Source: Syncephalis fuscata S228
Lineage: Eukaryota; Fungi; Zoopagomycota
Assembly: GCA_025786725.1 (NCBI GenBank)
Contig: JAHLTZ010000037.1
Span: forward strand, 1 to 64,000
Direction of reading: 5' to 3'
Length of the DNA stretch: 64,000 nucleotides
In this document: in pieces, positions 13,104 through 26,337 of the stretch
How positions within the stretch are numbered: the first letter of the stretch is position 1
Layout of the letters: each line of letters opens with the position of its first letter
Program-made: the position numbers and the translations under genes
The notes under the pieces: model-generated
The model's database searches: none
Told to the model about the DNA's origin: nothing
The model's input: the letters and a program-made list of their open reading frames with translations, nothing else

Positions 13104-13934
13104 AGATGGGACTGGATCCCTTTAAAGGAATTCGTCCACAATTGATTTGATGATATTTTTGCCGCTATTACTGTCAATATGCTTGTACACTTAATAACTA
13201 TTACAGTAGAACAGAGCAATCATTAGAATCAACAAGAGAGAAAAGCTAATGAAGAAGAGAGAGAGAAAGAAAGAAAGAAAGAGATGAGGTAGTGGCAGGT
13301 ATGAGTAAACGGTGTACAAGGTGTGATCATATTAAATATTCGCACTTTTGCATACATAAGTGTGTGATCGTGTGGCGAGGATACCAATAAAAATAATAGT
13401 ATATTAATAATAGTAATCAAGCTACTAATAATAGTAACGGTTATAGTAAAGCTTTTGTTCTTATTATTATTGTTATTATTTTATTGCTATTACTATAGTG
13501 ACAATAGTGATTATTTCTGCTGTAACAGTATTTCTTGGGACTTGTCAAATGGCAATAGAAAACAAGGTATGCTTAGAGTCACGCGGTGTCACGATATAAT
13601 TACAGTTATGCGATAGTAGAAGCAACAGCACGCACGTCTACTTAATCCTAGCCAATTAATTAGTACGACGACAATTGGGTAAATAAAAGCCGAAATTGTC
13701 TCTTTTACTCTACTTTTACTATAGCTGTAGATATAAACCATCGGTTATAATAAATATCGTATTGTAATTATTTGACCGTAGTTAATGTTCAGCCAATAAG
13801 AAAGATATGGAATAAAAGGCTTTTTATATAAAACTAGATAGGAATGAGTTTTGGATGGAAAATATGCCGTTTATTGAGTAATGCACCAATAAATACTTGT
13901 AATGAAGACAAACGATAATGGTGTGATACATTGA

Positions 13935-14170
13935 TCATGTATGTATGCCTTAAACGAAACATATTCCATTACAAGTTTTTATAATTAGCACATTTATTGT
14001 GATTTGTGGTTAAAATGACTAACATCTAATAACAACCAATCTATTAAACATGATGATGGGCGGTGAGTGACATCAATCATCAAATACTCATCATTATAGA
14101 TTGATTATCCAGTATGCATATATTCAGTACATATATATCCTATATTCATCTATATCATTTCTATTCCATT
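13935..14170 (+). repeat. Dispersed repeat family B, copy 1 (left arm of a long imperfect inverted repeat)
   Basis: Aligns by eye with the reverse complement of 14632..14853 (atcaaatactcatcattatagattgattatccagtatgcat vs atcaaaatactcatcattatatatttattatccaatatgcat) and with 27629..27763. Ends approximate. Confidence 0.8.
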
Positions 14171-14575
14171 ACACACTACTATATAACATTTTGTAATATA
14201 CTAGGCACATTTTATTGTTTATATACTTTAGTATATTTCACTCTTTCCCCTCATTGCGTTATATGCACTATAACTTTAACGTCGTTTATATGCTTTCTTG
14301 TCGTATATTTATCATTTTATATATCATTGTATACTCGCCTAGCCTTCCTCTATCCAAAACTGTTTTTATCTTTGTTCTAGCTTTTTTATTAATAAATGTC
14401 GACTAATGTCGGTCATTGCTCATTTATATATATACCCAATAACTTCAACATGGCTAATCGTCGCTTAATACTGTATATTCATCATATTGTATAATAGCAA
14501 CGTGTTATCTAGCGCAGTCGTCTTTTTGGTTTTGGCACTGTTGTAATAAAGTTTTATTATTTGTGCTCATTAAAC

Positions 14576-14600
14576 TATATATATATATATATATATATAT
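14576..14600. repeat. (AT)n microsatellite
   Basis: About 12 AT units between the inverted arms. Confidence 0.9.
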
Positions 14601-14631
14601 GGTAGTTTTAACAAATAGGATGTGTCCAATA

Positions 14632-14853
14632 TAACATAGAATGGGAATAGTATAAATGAATAGTGGATATATGCATATTGGATAATAAATATATAATGAT
14701 GAGTATTTTGATCGTTAGTATTTTTCACCTTCCGTCCATATATTCACTAGAAATGATGTTATTAAATATAGCTATTTGACCCCAAATGATAATAAATGGC
14801 TACAAGTTACTCATAAACAATAGTTGTATAATGAATCTTAAACATACAGCATG
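14632..14853 (-). repeat. Dispersed repeat family B, copy 2 (right arm, inverted)
   Basis: Reverse complement matches 13935..14170 over ~220 bp with indels. Ends approximate. Confidence 0.8.
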
Positions 14854-15815
14854 TTTGTGTTAAATACATTTATTTAACAAATACAAAAGCTTAAAATTTT
14901 ATTCATATTTATTTCTTGTTTTTAAATAATTTAATTAATTAGATACGGTGACCAATACCAATTTAGAAAAAGTAACCACATTAGTATGACCACTCTATGA
15001 TTATTATAATGACTGCTGTTACAGTCCTTGTCCAAACTTTTAGCCTGTATAGTGGCCCTATAAACAATACTTTTTTTTCCTACTGTTTCATCCAAGAAAT
15101 TGCCCTTTGATTGTATTTATTTGCCATCGTGGCGTTATCCATCTTTTGATCTTTATCTTTGATCAAACATCTTTATTATTAACTAATTTATACGGATGCT
15201 AGAGGTCCTTACCAGCCTAAGCTATTTTCACTTACCATTCACTTATTTGCATACTCGTTTTAATCTCCATTTCGAGAAAACCCCGCTATAGCTTTCCCGG
15301 CTTGTTTGATTCGTGCAACGTCTAAGGCATTTTACCACGCGGTACGCCACGTGCTACTATTTCTCTTCGGTTTCATCTAAGACTTCTGATGAGCACTTGG
15401 CCAGTACTTATAAACTCAGCACTTCGGCGATAGTCGCCCGTTATGCTACTTTCTATTCTCTATTCAACCTTTTCCCTTTCAACCTCCATCCCTACTACCT
15501 TCTATTCACACCTTTGATCTAACGAAAATCTTGATATTCACAACAATATAAACACTTGTTGTATTGTTGTACTGTTGTTACGCTAGGTTTTTTAAAACTT
15601 TATTCAATATTCATTATTGCTTGTTTTTGTACACGGGAACTCGCCTCTACATTAACTTATCATTGTCTGCTTGATATAAAACAGCGTAGTAACAGCCTTA
15701 CTATTTACGCTTAACAGCTACTATTTTATTGCAATAGTCTCCTTTTATACTACTGGTACCTTTACTATACTTTCTCCTGCTTTCCGGCCCTTATTATCGC
15801 GTGCATCGCTATAAT

Positions 15816-17271
15816 ATGCCTCGTAAGTACAGCAATATCAGATTATTGGCAATTGTAGCAGATTTGGCCGTTTTACCATCCATCTGAATATACACGCGTA
15901 TTAATGCCTGACATAGACTCGCCCGACATTGGTGTGACCTCCGCATTAAGCGGTAAAACACATGACGGTCCTGTAGAAAAAGTATCAATCAAAGACGTTA
16001 ACGACGATGGCCTTGAACGAGAGGCGTCTGACTCGTCTGAGCATCAGGCGAGAACCGGTTCGAGCATTGGCGCCTATTTTAATATTATTTGTGTCATTGC
16101 GGGAACGGGTACACTTCAATTGCCACTTGCCATGCATCAAAGTGGTTGGATAGGACTATTTCTTATTGTCCTATCAGCACTTATGGCCATCTACACGGGT
16201 AACCTACTTATCCGCTGTCTCTATGTCTTCCCTGGTCGCCGCCTTACAGGCTATGGCGATGTAGGTGAGGCAGCATTTGGCAAAATAGGTCGCTGGGTCG
16301 TAATGTTCTTCAACTATGCTATTTTGCTGGGTGTTGGCTGTCTTTACATTATACTTATCGGATCAAATACCTTCAAACTACTGGATGCTTCCAGTCATGG
16401 CAGTCCACTAAGCGAACGGGCCTGGATTGCTGTAGCCGGTGCCATTGTACTTTTACCAGTCATTGCCGTCAAAACACTAAAAGAAGCCGCTGTTTTATCA
16501 GCATTTGGCACCATTGCCACGGTAGTGGTGGTAGTCGTTTCAGCAGCATTATCCGGTATTGAATTGGGAAAGGCTGATTATGTTGCCACACATCACACCT
16601 TTGTTAATCCATCACAGCTGGCCATTGCTCTGGCATCGATTTCATTTTCATTTGGTGGCAATGTGGTGTACCCACACGTTGAAGCCACTATGCGCCATCC
16701 TAAAGCATGGTCCCGTGTTTTGACTGCAGCCATTACAACCACCTGTATGATCTACTTTGTTATTTGCGTACCTGGTTATCTAGCATATGGGGACCAAACC
16801 AAATCGCCTATTTTTGATAATCTTCCAAAAGGTGCCGCAAATACCAGCGCAGTTATTCTAATTACTCTCCATGTTTTGTTGGCTGCACCTATTCTTATTA
16901 CATCGTTCTCACTTGATGTTGAGAACTTTTTAGGCGTTAAAGCAGCGAAAATAGGTAAAGTTAAGGAAATTATTTACCGAGCAGCCATCCGAACAACTAC
17001 TGTATCCGTACTTACTGTTGTGGCCATGGTCGTGCCATTCTTTGGTAATTTTATGGCACTATTGGGCGCATTCGCCAATTGTATGATTGTCTTTGTACTG
17101 CCAATCTTTTGTTACCTTCGTCTATTTGGCTGGTGGTCCGTATCTAAACCAACACTTGTGTGGTGCGCTCTTGTAGTGGCCGTCGGCTTGTTTGGTTGTG
17201 TGCTTGGAGCAATCGATGCTGTTAAGGCATTACACAAAGACTTTACCACCAACCCCACTATACTCCAGTAA
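15816..17271 (+). CDS. Transmembrane amino acid transporter (Aa_trans/AAAP, AVT-like)
   Basis: AYFNIICVIAGTGTLQLPLA, SFSFGGNVVYPHVEATMRHPK, GYLAYGD, VPFFGNFMALLGAF motifs; about 11 TMs. Probable 7-nt first exon ATGCCTC (15816..15822) plus GTAAGT...ACATAG intron (15823..15916) in frame; alternative start 15904. Confidence 0.93.
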
Positions 17272-17662
17272 AGCATAAAAGCAATACTGAACTATTTACT
17301 CGCAATAAATTATTTTTTGTTTTGAAAGTGTTAAAGATTGCTTATTATTAAATTTGTATTTATAATGTTATAAAGAGAATACAGTAACAACAACAATAAA
17401 CATATATATATATTCGTGTGAAGTAATCTTAGTAGGCTGGGTTTAAAAGCGTCAATTTTATTATTAGTAGCAACGTGGTCGGTCATATAGAATAATTTAG
17501 TGCTATTCTCTGCATAAAGATGTGAAAATGACTGCATACTAAATATTGTTAAATATAGTGGCAGTAATTAGTGTTTATAACAATTGTTTATTATGATGCA
17601 ATGTACAAAATGCTTAAAATATTTGTTTCCGTGACTATTAATACGGTTATTTTTAGCAATGA

Positions 17663-20399
17663 TTAGAGGTTATACGTTTGTAATACTTCATTTACAGCCT
17701 CGGCCACACTAAAGTGCACTAGTTTTTGTCCTTGACCAACGATGGGTTTGGCAATTGAAATGTTGGAGTTACTAGATGGTTCGTAAGTGCTGTCTGTCTC
17801 GGGGGCGTGACATTTTGACGTGGACTGTGCTTCAGTATCGTATTGATCGTCTGAATAGCTATTCTTTCTACTTATAACATGATGCGAAATGGCTTGGTCA
17901 TCGTCACGAGTAGCGTTATACTGGTCAACAGTGTCTTCTCGTCTTTCATCTTCAAGCACCGGCACTACTGTTTTCGTAATGCCTGATAGTTCAAGTACAC
18001 GTAGTATTTTTCGTTTCACCGATACAAAATGCAGTTGGAATTGGTGTTCTGGTCCACCGGCAAAGTTGCTAAGTTCTGATTTAATATCAAGTATTGTTTG
18101 CAGTCCACTGGCATCAATATTATTGACAGCACCAAAATCCATAATAACTGCCTTGATTGGAGGCCGCTCGGTTAATCCAATCGTAACGTCCCTATAATCT
18201 CCTGTATCTTCCTTTGATGTCATATTGATTGGCACACTTTTACCAAGCTCATCTTGATTTTGTAAAACAATCTTGGTACAATTACTAAATGCTCTACGTT
18301 TCTTTTCTTCGCTTTGTTCCTCTTCTTCGACGTTTATAATACTAAGTGAATTTCGGACTACTGTTGCATGACGTGTATTATCCGCTTCTACAGCTACTTT
18401 TTCGTCATATTGCTGGTGATCAGTATTTTCATTATTACCATGGCTAGGCTGCTGTTGATGGCCTCGACGAAAGATATTATTTATAAATGCAAATCGGCCT
18501 GTTGCTATACTTGAAGTAGCAGAATCGGCACTTCCATTAGAAGTATCTTTTTTACTGGTGGTCAGTGCCGCCACATTGCACCAAAGCTCGTCTTCCGGTG
18601 CCACAGGTGGTTTCCCCGATTTGCATCGCTGCTTTACAGCGTTTAATAATTGCTGACGAATATAATAGGCATTGGGAAAAATAATTGCCTCTTCAACACG
18701 GAAAACAACAATACCCGGCGGCGGTGATACTGTGACCACATCGGGCAACGATGGATCGACGTAAATGTTTGGATTATCAACACGTGGCTCCAATAGAATA
18801 CAGTCAGGACGGGCGACTTTGTAGAGCATCAGTATAATTGACAGACCAACGGCAGCACCAATACCAATCTATTTTAAACTATTAGATTATTTGTTAAATT
18901 GTATTAACGTTACTTACAGCAATGTCGAATGCGACAGTGAAAATAAAGGCGACCAGACATGTGATCATATCAATAGCTATTAAAGTATTATTTAATATTA
19001 GATATTGTTATAATTTTAACTAGTCACTTACGATTAATGTGCCACAATTTAATAAATGTTTTTGGGCCACGCATCAATCCAAAAACACTTGTTATAATAA
19101 TACCCGCCAGACATGCATCTGGTATATAGTAGAAGGCAGGCGGTAGAAATAGTAGTGCACAGCATATGACAATGGATGAAATTGCACCGTTTAACGGCGT
19201 CTTTGAACCAACTTGTGCCACCATTAATGAACGAGACATGGCACCTGTTACGCCAAATCCAGAGAAAAATGACGTTGAAATGTTGGACATGCCCACGGCA
19301 ACCAGCTCTTGACTACTATCTGCGTTATAATGTCCCATGCGACCTATAAGGCAATAAGATAAAATAAAATATTAATTACTTAATCAACTATAATCATAAT
19401 CATTTACAACTAAATAAATAAAAGACTATTTACCTAGTGCCTTTGAAATAGTTACATGTTCAATGACTGTTTGTAACAGTGGCAGTAAAGAAGCAGCAAG
19501 TAATTGCTGTAAAAGACTGATACTAAGAGGTGGCACAGAGGCAGCGGGTAGACCACGAGGCACTTTACGTAGGATATTTAATGGATGGCGACGACCAGCG
19601 CTTTCATCATCACCATGACCAGCAACTGCAATCAAAAACGATACAAGCGTGTAAAACACAACCGTAATGGCAATGCGGGCCGTACCAATGATACGGGCTG
19701 CCTTTGATCGATGGCCAAAGCGGTCACGTACTGCTTTGAGGGCAAGAAGCATTACTACCGCAGTAAGACCAACGCCCAGATTTGGTAAGGATGCCGTTTT
19801 CAATCGCATCACCAATTGATCTAATAGGCCAAAGGTTCCTTCATTTGTATTCACACCGGCTACGCCCAATAGCTTAGGAATTTGTGTAAGCATAATATCA
19901 ATAGCGGCACCAAAGGTAAAGCCAACAATAACCGGGGCCGATATAAAATCAAGTATAATACCGGCCCGCAACAGTCCAAGTAGGGTAGTAATACAGCCAA
20001 TCATAAATGCCATGGCGGCGGCAATACCGGCCATATGAGGTGTATCGGCAAATTCCTTGTTGCTGCTGACTACCCTATGCAGACCTTGACCAATATAGAG
20101 GGAAAGTACGGCAGTAGCTCCAACATTGACATCCTTTGATGTGCCAAATATTCCGTAGACGGCGACACTTACTAGCGAAGCGTATAATCCATATTCGACA
20201 GGTAGACCAACAAGATGAGTATAGGCAATACTTTGCGGCACAATCATAACACCAATGGTAAGACCGGCCGATAAATCGCTTGTAAACCAGCGCCGATTAT
20301 AATAGGGTAGCCATCCAATAATAGGAAACAATCGTTGGATGTATCTTTCGTTGCCAAACCTGCACGCCTCGACAGCAATTTTGCATTGGCCGATACCAT
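17663..20399 (-). CDS. SulP/SLC26 sulfate/anion permease with C-terminal STAS domain
   Basis: FPIIGWLPYY..DLSAGLTIGVMIVPQSIAY..LPVEYGLY..FGTSKDVNVG; QELVAVG..GAMSRS; STAS VIMDFGAVNNIDASG; 3 GT-AG introns; ATG 20399 joins the frame if one A is added at 20346-20348 (KRYIQRLFP). Confidence 0.93.
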
Positions 20400-21413
20400 G
20401 ACTATGTCACAAGTTGATATTAATGCTTTTATTGAGTATGAGGAAATGGTCACTGATAATATAATGGTGCACAATAAACGTGTGATAGTTGTTAAGAGGA
20501 TATGTAATTATTGAATGAATAGTTCAAAGGGGTGGGCTATTTAAGTATGGCCAGTGTGATCAATGTCGTAGCTATTACTATTATTATTCCTATTGTTACC
20601 GTGGCTGTTGAGGTAATAGCAATTGCAAAGGGAATGAAATCGGATTGCACCTCGTGCTAAAACAGGTATGATATGCACACAGGATACCAATTGATAGAAT
20701 TTACTGGCAGCCGTGTTATCGTTACTGGGATGTGTGTTCAATATCGACTCAAGTACTATGACACTTTGCACAAGGAGTCATCAATACGTTTTAAAAAGGG
20801 GTAACACAACATTGACTGCCAAACGAGGTATTGTAATATAAAAGTCTTGTATCATTATGGTTACTATTAATAACACCGTCTTTATTAATATGGTATTATT
20901 ATTAGTACGATTTACTGTAACACATTCGCACATTTATTTGTTATTTTCATTTATAATGTGATACATTGATTAACCTGTGACAACGGAGCTTATTAATGCC
21001 ATTAATACTCGTCCCTAAAACGTTAGCGATCTGCTATCTACTATCAGCTGACCCTGGTTCACCCGTAATCTACACTTACACAGACTAACAACGACATATC
21101 ACACGACCTTTGATGTTACGAATGGTTTCATCGGCCATGTAGATAGTTGTGATCAAACTGTGATGTATAATGGCCATCTACCTTTACCAACAGTTCGGAT
21201 TAATTATTTACCGTCGCATAAACAAGGCTTAAATGCCGTAATAAGCTAATAACAGGATACACAGAAGAGGAGAGGAGAGAAACTTGGGCCATGTTAATAA
21301 ATCGTTGGTAATATTTAGTTTTATTTAATTGCTATGTTTAATCAAAATAAGCAGGTCTTTATGAGAATAAAGACCGGGCCGTCCATGGGGCGTGTCCAAG
21401 GTTACAAAGAGTA

Positions 21414-22691
21414 TCAGGATTTGTTCATCGTCTTCAATAGTTCATTAAAAAGTTTTTCCAAGCGCTGATCTCGTTCATCGAGTGCTTGCCACCAGCGAGT
21501 TTCACGCTCTTGCTCTTTACTTCGATACTCATCGTCACGGACCTTTTGCTCGTCGCGATAAGTTTCTTCGCGTGTGCGAAGTTCATTTGTAAACTGTGTT
21601 TGTAGCTGCATGATGTCACGTAAATGATCACGGTGTGTACGCTGCAGCTCATCTATATCTGTACGCTGTTGGGTCATCAACGACTTTACAAGTTCCTGCT
21701 CGCGTTGAAGTGCCTCCGACAACAGTTGGTGTCCCTGGCAGGACGATGTGGATGGTGGCATTAAGGTTTGTCCGGTTTTACCATTATTTCTGTGATCAAA
21801 TTCGCCATTACAACAGAAAAAGGCCGTGTCTCTGCCGGTTTTGACGTTGGACAGTAGGCACATTCGCGACAATCTATGCCAGAAAGCGAGTTACGTCGAG
21901 AGGCGGTTTGTTGATAAGGTCGCTTGCCATTTGCGTTTTCCTGATCTGCGTAGCGTTCCTCTGTATAGATTATTGGTGCGTAGTGACGTTGTCGACCTGG
22001 TGCCGTTTGTGCATTGGTCTCGTGCGGCTCAATGACCATGCCTGTGTTTTTGGCCCATTCCGTAACACGTTGATGTTTACTCTTAGGCGCCATTAGTACG
22101 TTTCTAGAGTTACCGTGCCTGTGTGGTGTAGCAGGCAGGTGACTAATGGCAGTTATGCCAAGAATTGCAGAAATAAATTAGTTTACCTGGCCTTATCTAT
22201 CAATAAATCTTAGCCTTACCTTTGATGACTTGATCGTGGTAATGGGCTTTCCTCGCCGCTTGTTTGGCTATTGCTATCGTGTAGACTGCGTGCTTCTCGT
22301 GCAGCATTAGGCTCGGACATTGCAACGTCCGAGTTTCTAAAAACTGTTGGATACTCAGCATCCGATGAGTGCTGCGCATCGTTCCTACCCATCACAGGTG
22401 TTAATTTACACATAAAACTTTCATTTTGCACCTTCGTCGGCTTGCTTACCTGGCCGCCTCTTTGTTGGCCTGAATCTCTTGCATGCGAACCCATTTGTTG
22501 TAGCATTGTTTACGGGAACGCGGCTGCTGGCTCACTTCAAGTAGCGCGAGTCTTCGGGCAACTTCATTCCACCGGCCTCCAGGAATGGCGCGGTCTGACT
22601 CAAATTCGGCCCATATTTCTGCCTGTAAGCGAACAAGCGCATTGGTTTCCTCCTCTAGCCAGATACTGGGTGGTTGTCTTAGGGCACTCAT
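21414..22691 (-). CDS. Trihelix/Myb-SANT-like DNA-binding protein with C-terminal coiled coil
   Basis: WLEEETNALVRL..RWNEVARRL..RSRKQCYNKW; in-phase introns 22385..22449 and 22104..22219; one frameshift needed in exon 3 to reach the coiled coil (LQREQELVKSLMTQQR...WWQALDERDQRLEKL). Confidence 0.8.
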
Positions 22692-25600
22692 AGCTATCCG
22701 TCAAGATTTAGTAAAAGAAAGAAATGGAAATACGCAAATTTAATATGATGGCGGGAATTACTTGGGCTGGGCTATGAAAAGTCGGGCCATGCGGCCGGTA
22801 CAAGCCGAGTCCTTACCCCTCCTTTCTTCTTTGTGCAAAAGTCGATAGTCGTTGAATCGACCAATCGTTATTTTGCTTGGTCGACCGTTTACATCGTCGC
22901 CCCGTTCCATATGCCAGGCCTTTATAATAGTAATAATCGGATTATGATCGACAAGCCTTAATCTAAAGTAGATACTAGAGCCCGTCTTGATTTAGATAAA
23001 TAAAGACAAGTGGATAGTTTAGTTTTTATTGACCAGTCAAAATGCTAGGAGAAAATTAATCTTTAAGCTATAATTGTTATTGTTATGCCGATTACGGTCA
23101 TCACTATTTTTACTATTATATAATAGAAATAGGTCATCTTTAACTGAGTTATTTCACTGCAATATGATCGATCATATAACCATGCAATTTCAATGGCGTG
23201 ACCAATCATTGTATAGTAACAATGTGCGTATGTTTTAAAAATCGAATTGAATTTCGCAAGCGATATAGCTAATTGCAAAGGACAAGATTTACTAATAAAG
23301 TGCAGTTTATACTACGACTCAATACATGAAACAATTCAAAACTTACAATGCGTAAGGTTAGTTTCAAACAAGCAACAGTTTTAAACAGAAAAATGCCAAT
23401 TAAGCGTATAATAATATAATGTAAAATAAATTAAAAACAAATAATGTTTAAATAGTAATATCGAGGTTATAGTATGTACGCTACATGACAAATAAGCAAA
23501 ATTAGTTTAAACTTATAGATAATATAGCTAGCAATAAAGGAAAAATAGTTTTAAACAGCGCATGATCATTATATGCTAAAACAATATTCAATATAATTAC
23601 TATACAATGGAAAGTGTATAAGTAGTGGCACTAAAGTTATAGTATATATAATTTAATGAATGGGCTTAGTAAAGTGTGCTGAAAGCTATAGGAGATAGAA
23701 TGTGGCTAACAGATGATAGAATAGTAAACAGTAGCATGGTTATACAACGGTAACAATAATAAATATTGTTTGAGTAAATATTATGCTCACTTAATTAGTA
23801 ACGTAAATGTCTAACTATAGAAATAAGGTTACAAGTGATATGTTTAAATTAGTGTAACTAATCATGTGTGATGTTTAGATTTATACAAATATAATTTATT
23901 GATAATAACACTAATGTAGTAATAATGATAAACATGTTTAATTTAAAATAGTGTTACAAGTTTGCATAGCTGAATAAGCACAACTAAATAAAAGCTTGTT
24001 AGCGATATAATAGCATCATTGATTAAATGGCAAATAAATCGCAACATTCGCTGAAGTTTGGTATACGAACGGAATAGACAACTGTCAGATGGTCTTGATT
24101 CTTGTTGAATATATATACCAAGAATATATAGAATTAATGGTTTAATTATACTACCAATATCAGTGTCTCGAGAATTCCAGCTATTCTATGTTATATATAC
24201 ACTCTATACCATATGCTTAATATATGAATCAATAATATGCAATGCCACTTGTACTCTACTAATGTATGCTCAGCCATTAGTATTTTCTATTTAATATTTA
24301 ATTTGCATATTTATTATAACCACAACATACCACGACAAGCTAGAAATGGCTTGGCATCTATTATGGCTGCGCTGGCTACAAAGCCACGATTAGGATACAT
24401 ACGACGGCAATAGAAGATTTCATGCTGATATCTAATTGTTAAAGCAAACAAATAGAATGGATAATACAATGCGTTTAGAACAAAGTAAGTAGTAGTGAGT
24501 AGTTGGCAGAAAGTAGCGTGTAATGATGATGTCAATAATTGGCTGTGTGCGTTTTGTAGGCTATTTAAGCTGTGACCATGCTGGGATACCAACACGCTAT
24601 ATCGTATGAGCTGACCATTGATGTGCAATATAACCAGTAACAGCATGTTCGCATGATGACTTAAAGGACGCGTATACCAACAGCTTGACAGTGTGCTAAT
24701 ATGCAATAAGTCTTTGCCGCAATCTGATCAGTATTTGCATAGATGATGTGGCAATATCACTGTATAGCCCATCTGTGGTAGAACTGCATCTATTAATTTT
24801 TGTTATGCTGCCACACAGCCAAGCCATGCGACGCAAACCAAATCGATTGATTCTAAAGAAGCAGTGGCAATGTATTACTGTGCCTTTGCTATTACTTTTA
24901 CCAAACAAATTCAATTAACAATGCGTACATACATGTCAAAGTGTGGATAGCATCGACACAACAGTAATAATTCAGTTTAACGCTGCATTTTGGCTACAAA
25001 ACAAGCTATCTATTTTAGTGCATGCTACTAACTATTAGCATAAGTACTATTTTTAACAACCAATTGCTTATATTAATTATTTTCTATTGCATAACAGTAT
25101 TTTTGATAATAAAGCATTAAACTTGAGTAATAATATTGGCGATTGTTTGATTTAAATTAATCCAAAAACACCAAAATATATTTATTAGATTGTCTCAAGC
25201 ATATGTAATCAATCTTGAATGCATAGCAATAAGATATAATATTTCAACCAGTGGCAATTTTGATATAAAAATGTTTAGTTCAATTGCGTATGTTGTTCAA
25301 TGTAGTTATTTAAAACTAAATCGCGCTAAATAATTAATTATTTTTCAAAACAATAATGGAAATAAATAGTCTATCAAATAATGTAAACGATGTACGTAGC
25401 TATTCAATAGATAGACACAGGCCAATAATACAATGTGCATATAATTTATTAGCTACTTTAGTGCAGCTTGTACTGAATGCTTAGTTATGTCAATTCATTA
25501 GTATAACATCCTTGAGGAGGTGATATATAGTGCAGTAATATCTTTACTAGTATGCTAATACCGGTGTTTACAGCAGCGGCGATAGTACATTTATTTGATT

Positions 25601-26337
25601 GCCAATATTGGAAAATATTGGGTATTTCCGACCTAACTGAGCTTCATGGTTGTACATGAGCCATCTAGTAAATGATGAACTTTCGTCACACCAATTTACC
25701 TACCATTCTGAAACACTAACCAGATATTTCTTTTGAAGTTGTCGCCAAGCTCCCGCTTATCATGACCGCGTGTAATAAAGCAGCGTTGAGATTAATGAGC
25801 AGCCCATAAACACATGATAGCAATGCATATGGACGTCGATACTACTGTTACAGGCAGTGTTACAGAAAGGGGTCACAGCAGACATGATTATAATTAAGGA
25901 TGAGTCTCGGCTGTTAAATCCTTTAGTTTAAGCTGCACTCCGTATGCAAGTGTCGGCATGTGACAACTGCCGCTGCCATGCCATTTGCCTGCCTAGTGTA
26001 ACTGCAATGAAACGCCATTGCATCTAACCTGACACTGTGCCAATTACATCACACTAACAAACAGTTTAAAAGGCGCGACTTACTTGCCATCTTCATGATA
26101 CGACACATCCCGACGTTGACCGTTGTACTCTTCTACTGATTTTAACATCTTAACAATTGATAGCGTGATATCCTTGTTTTATTTTCACTTTCTATCTAAC
26201 AGTCTTTCTTCTTCTTTCTCTCTTTCTATCCAACTACCAACTGTATCTTTTGTTCAAGTGCCGGCCACTTGTTATACTGCTTATACACCATTGATTAGCT
26301 ATCAGTGCTTTTGTCTATTCTGTTTTATTCAAAAAAA

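Noticed and set aside
21260-22950. Intact PIF/Harbinger transposon around the trihelix gene
   Set aside because: No DDE transposase, convincing TIR pair or TWA target duplication seen.
24300-24950. Possible small spliced gene or remnant in the long AT-rich gap (GTAAGT at ~24485, TTTTGTAG at ~24559, slightly higher GC)
   Set aside because: I could not assemble a stop-free, recognisable reading frame; ORFs 24314 and 24696 do not look protein-like.
26168-26176. Second ATATCCTTG U12-donor-like motif upstream of the LPMO
   Set aside because: No interrupted coding sequence and no U12 branch box/AC at proper spacing; probably chance.
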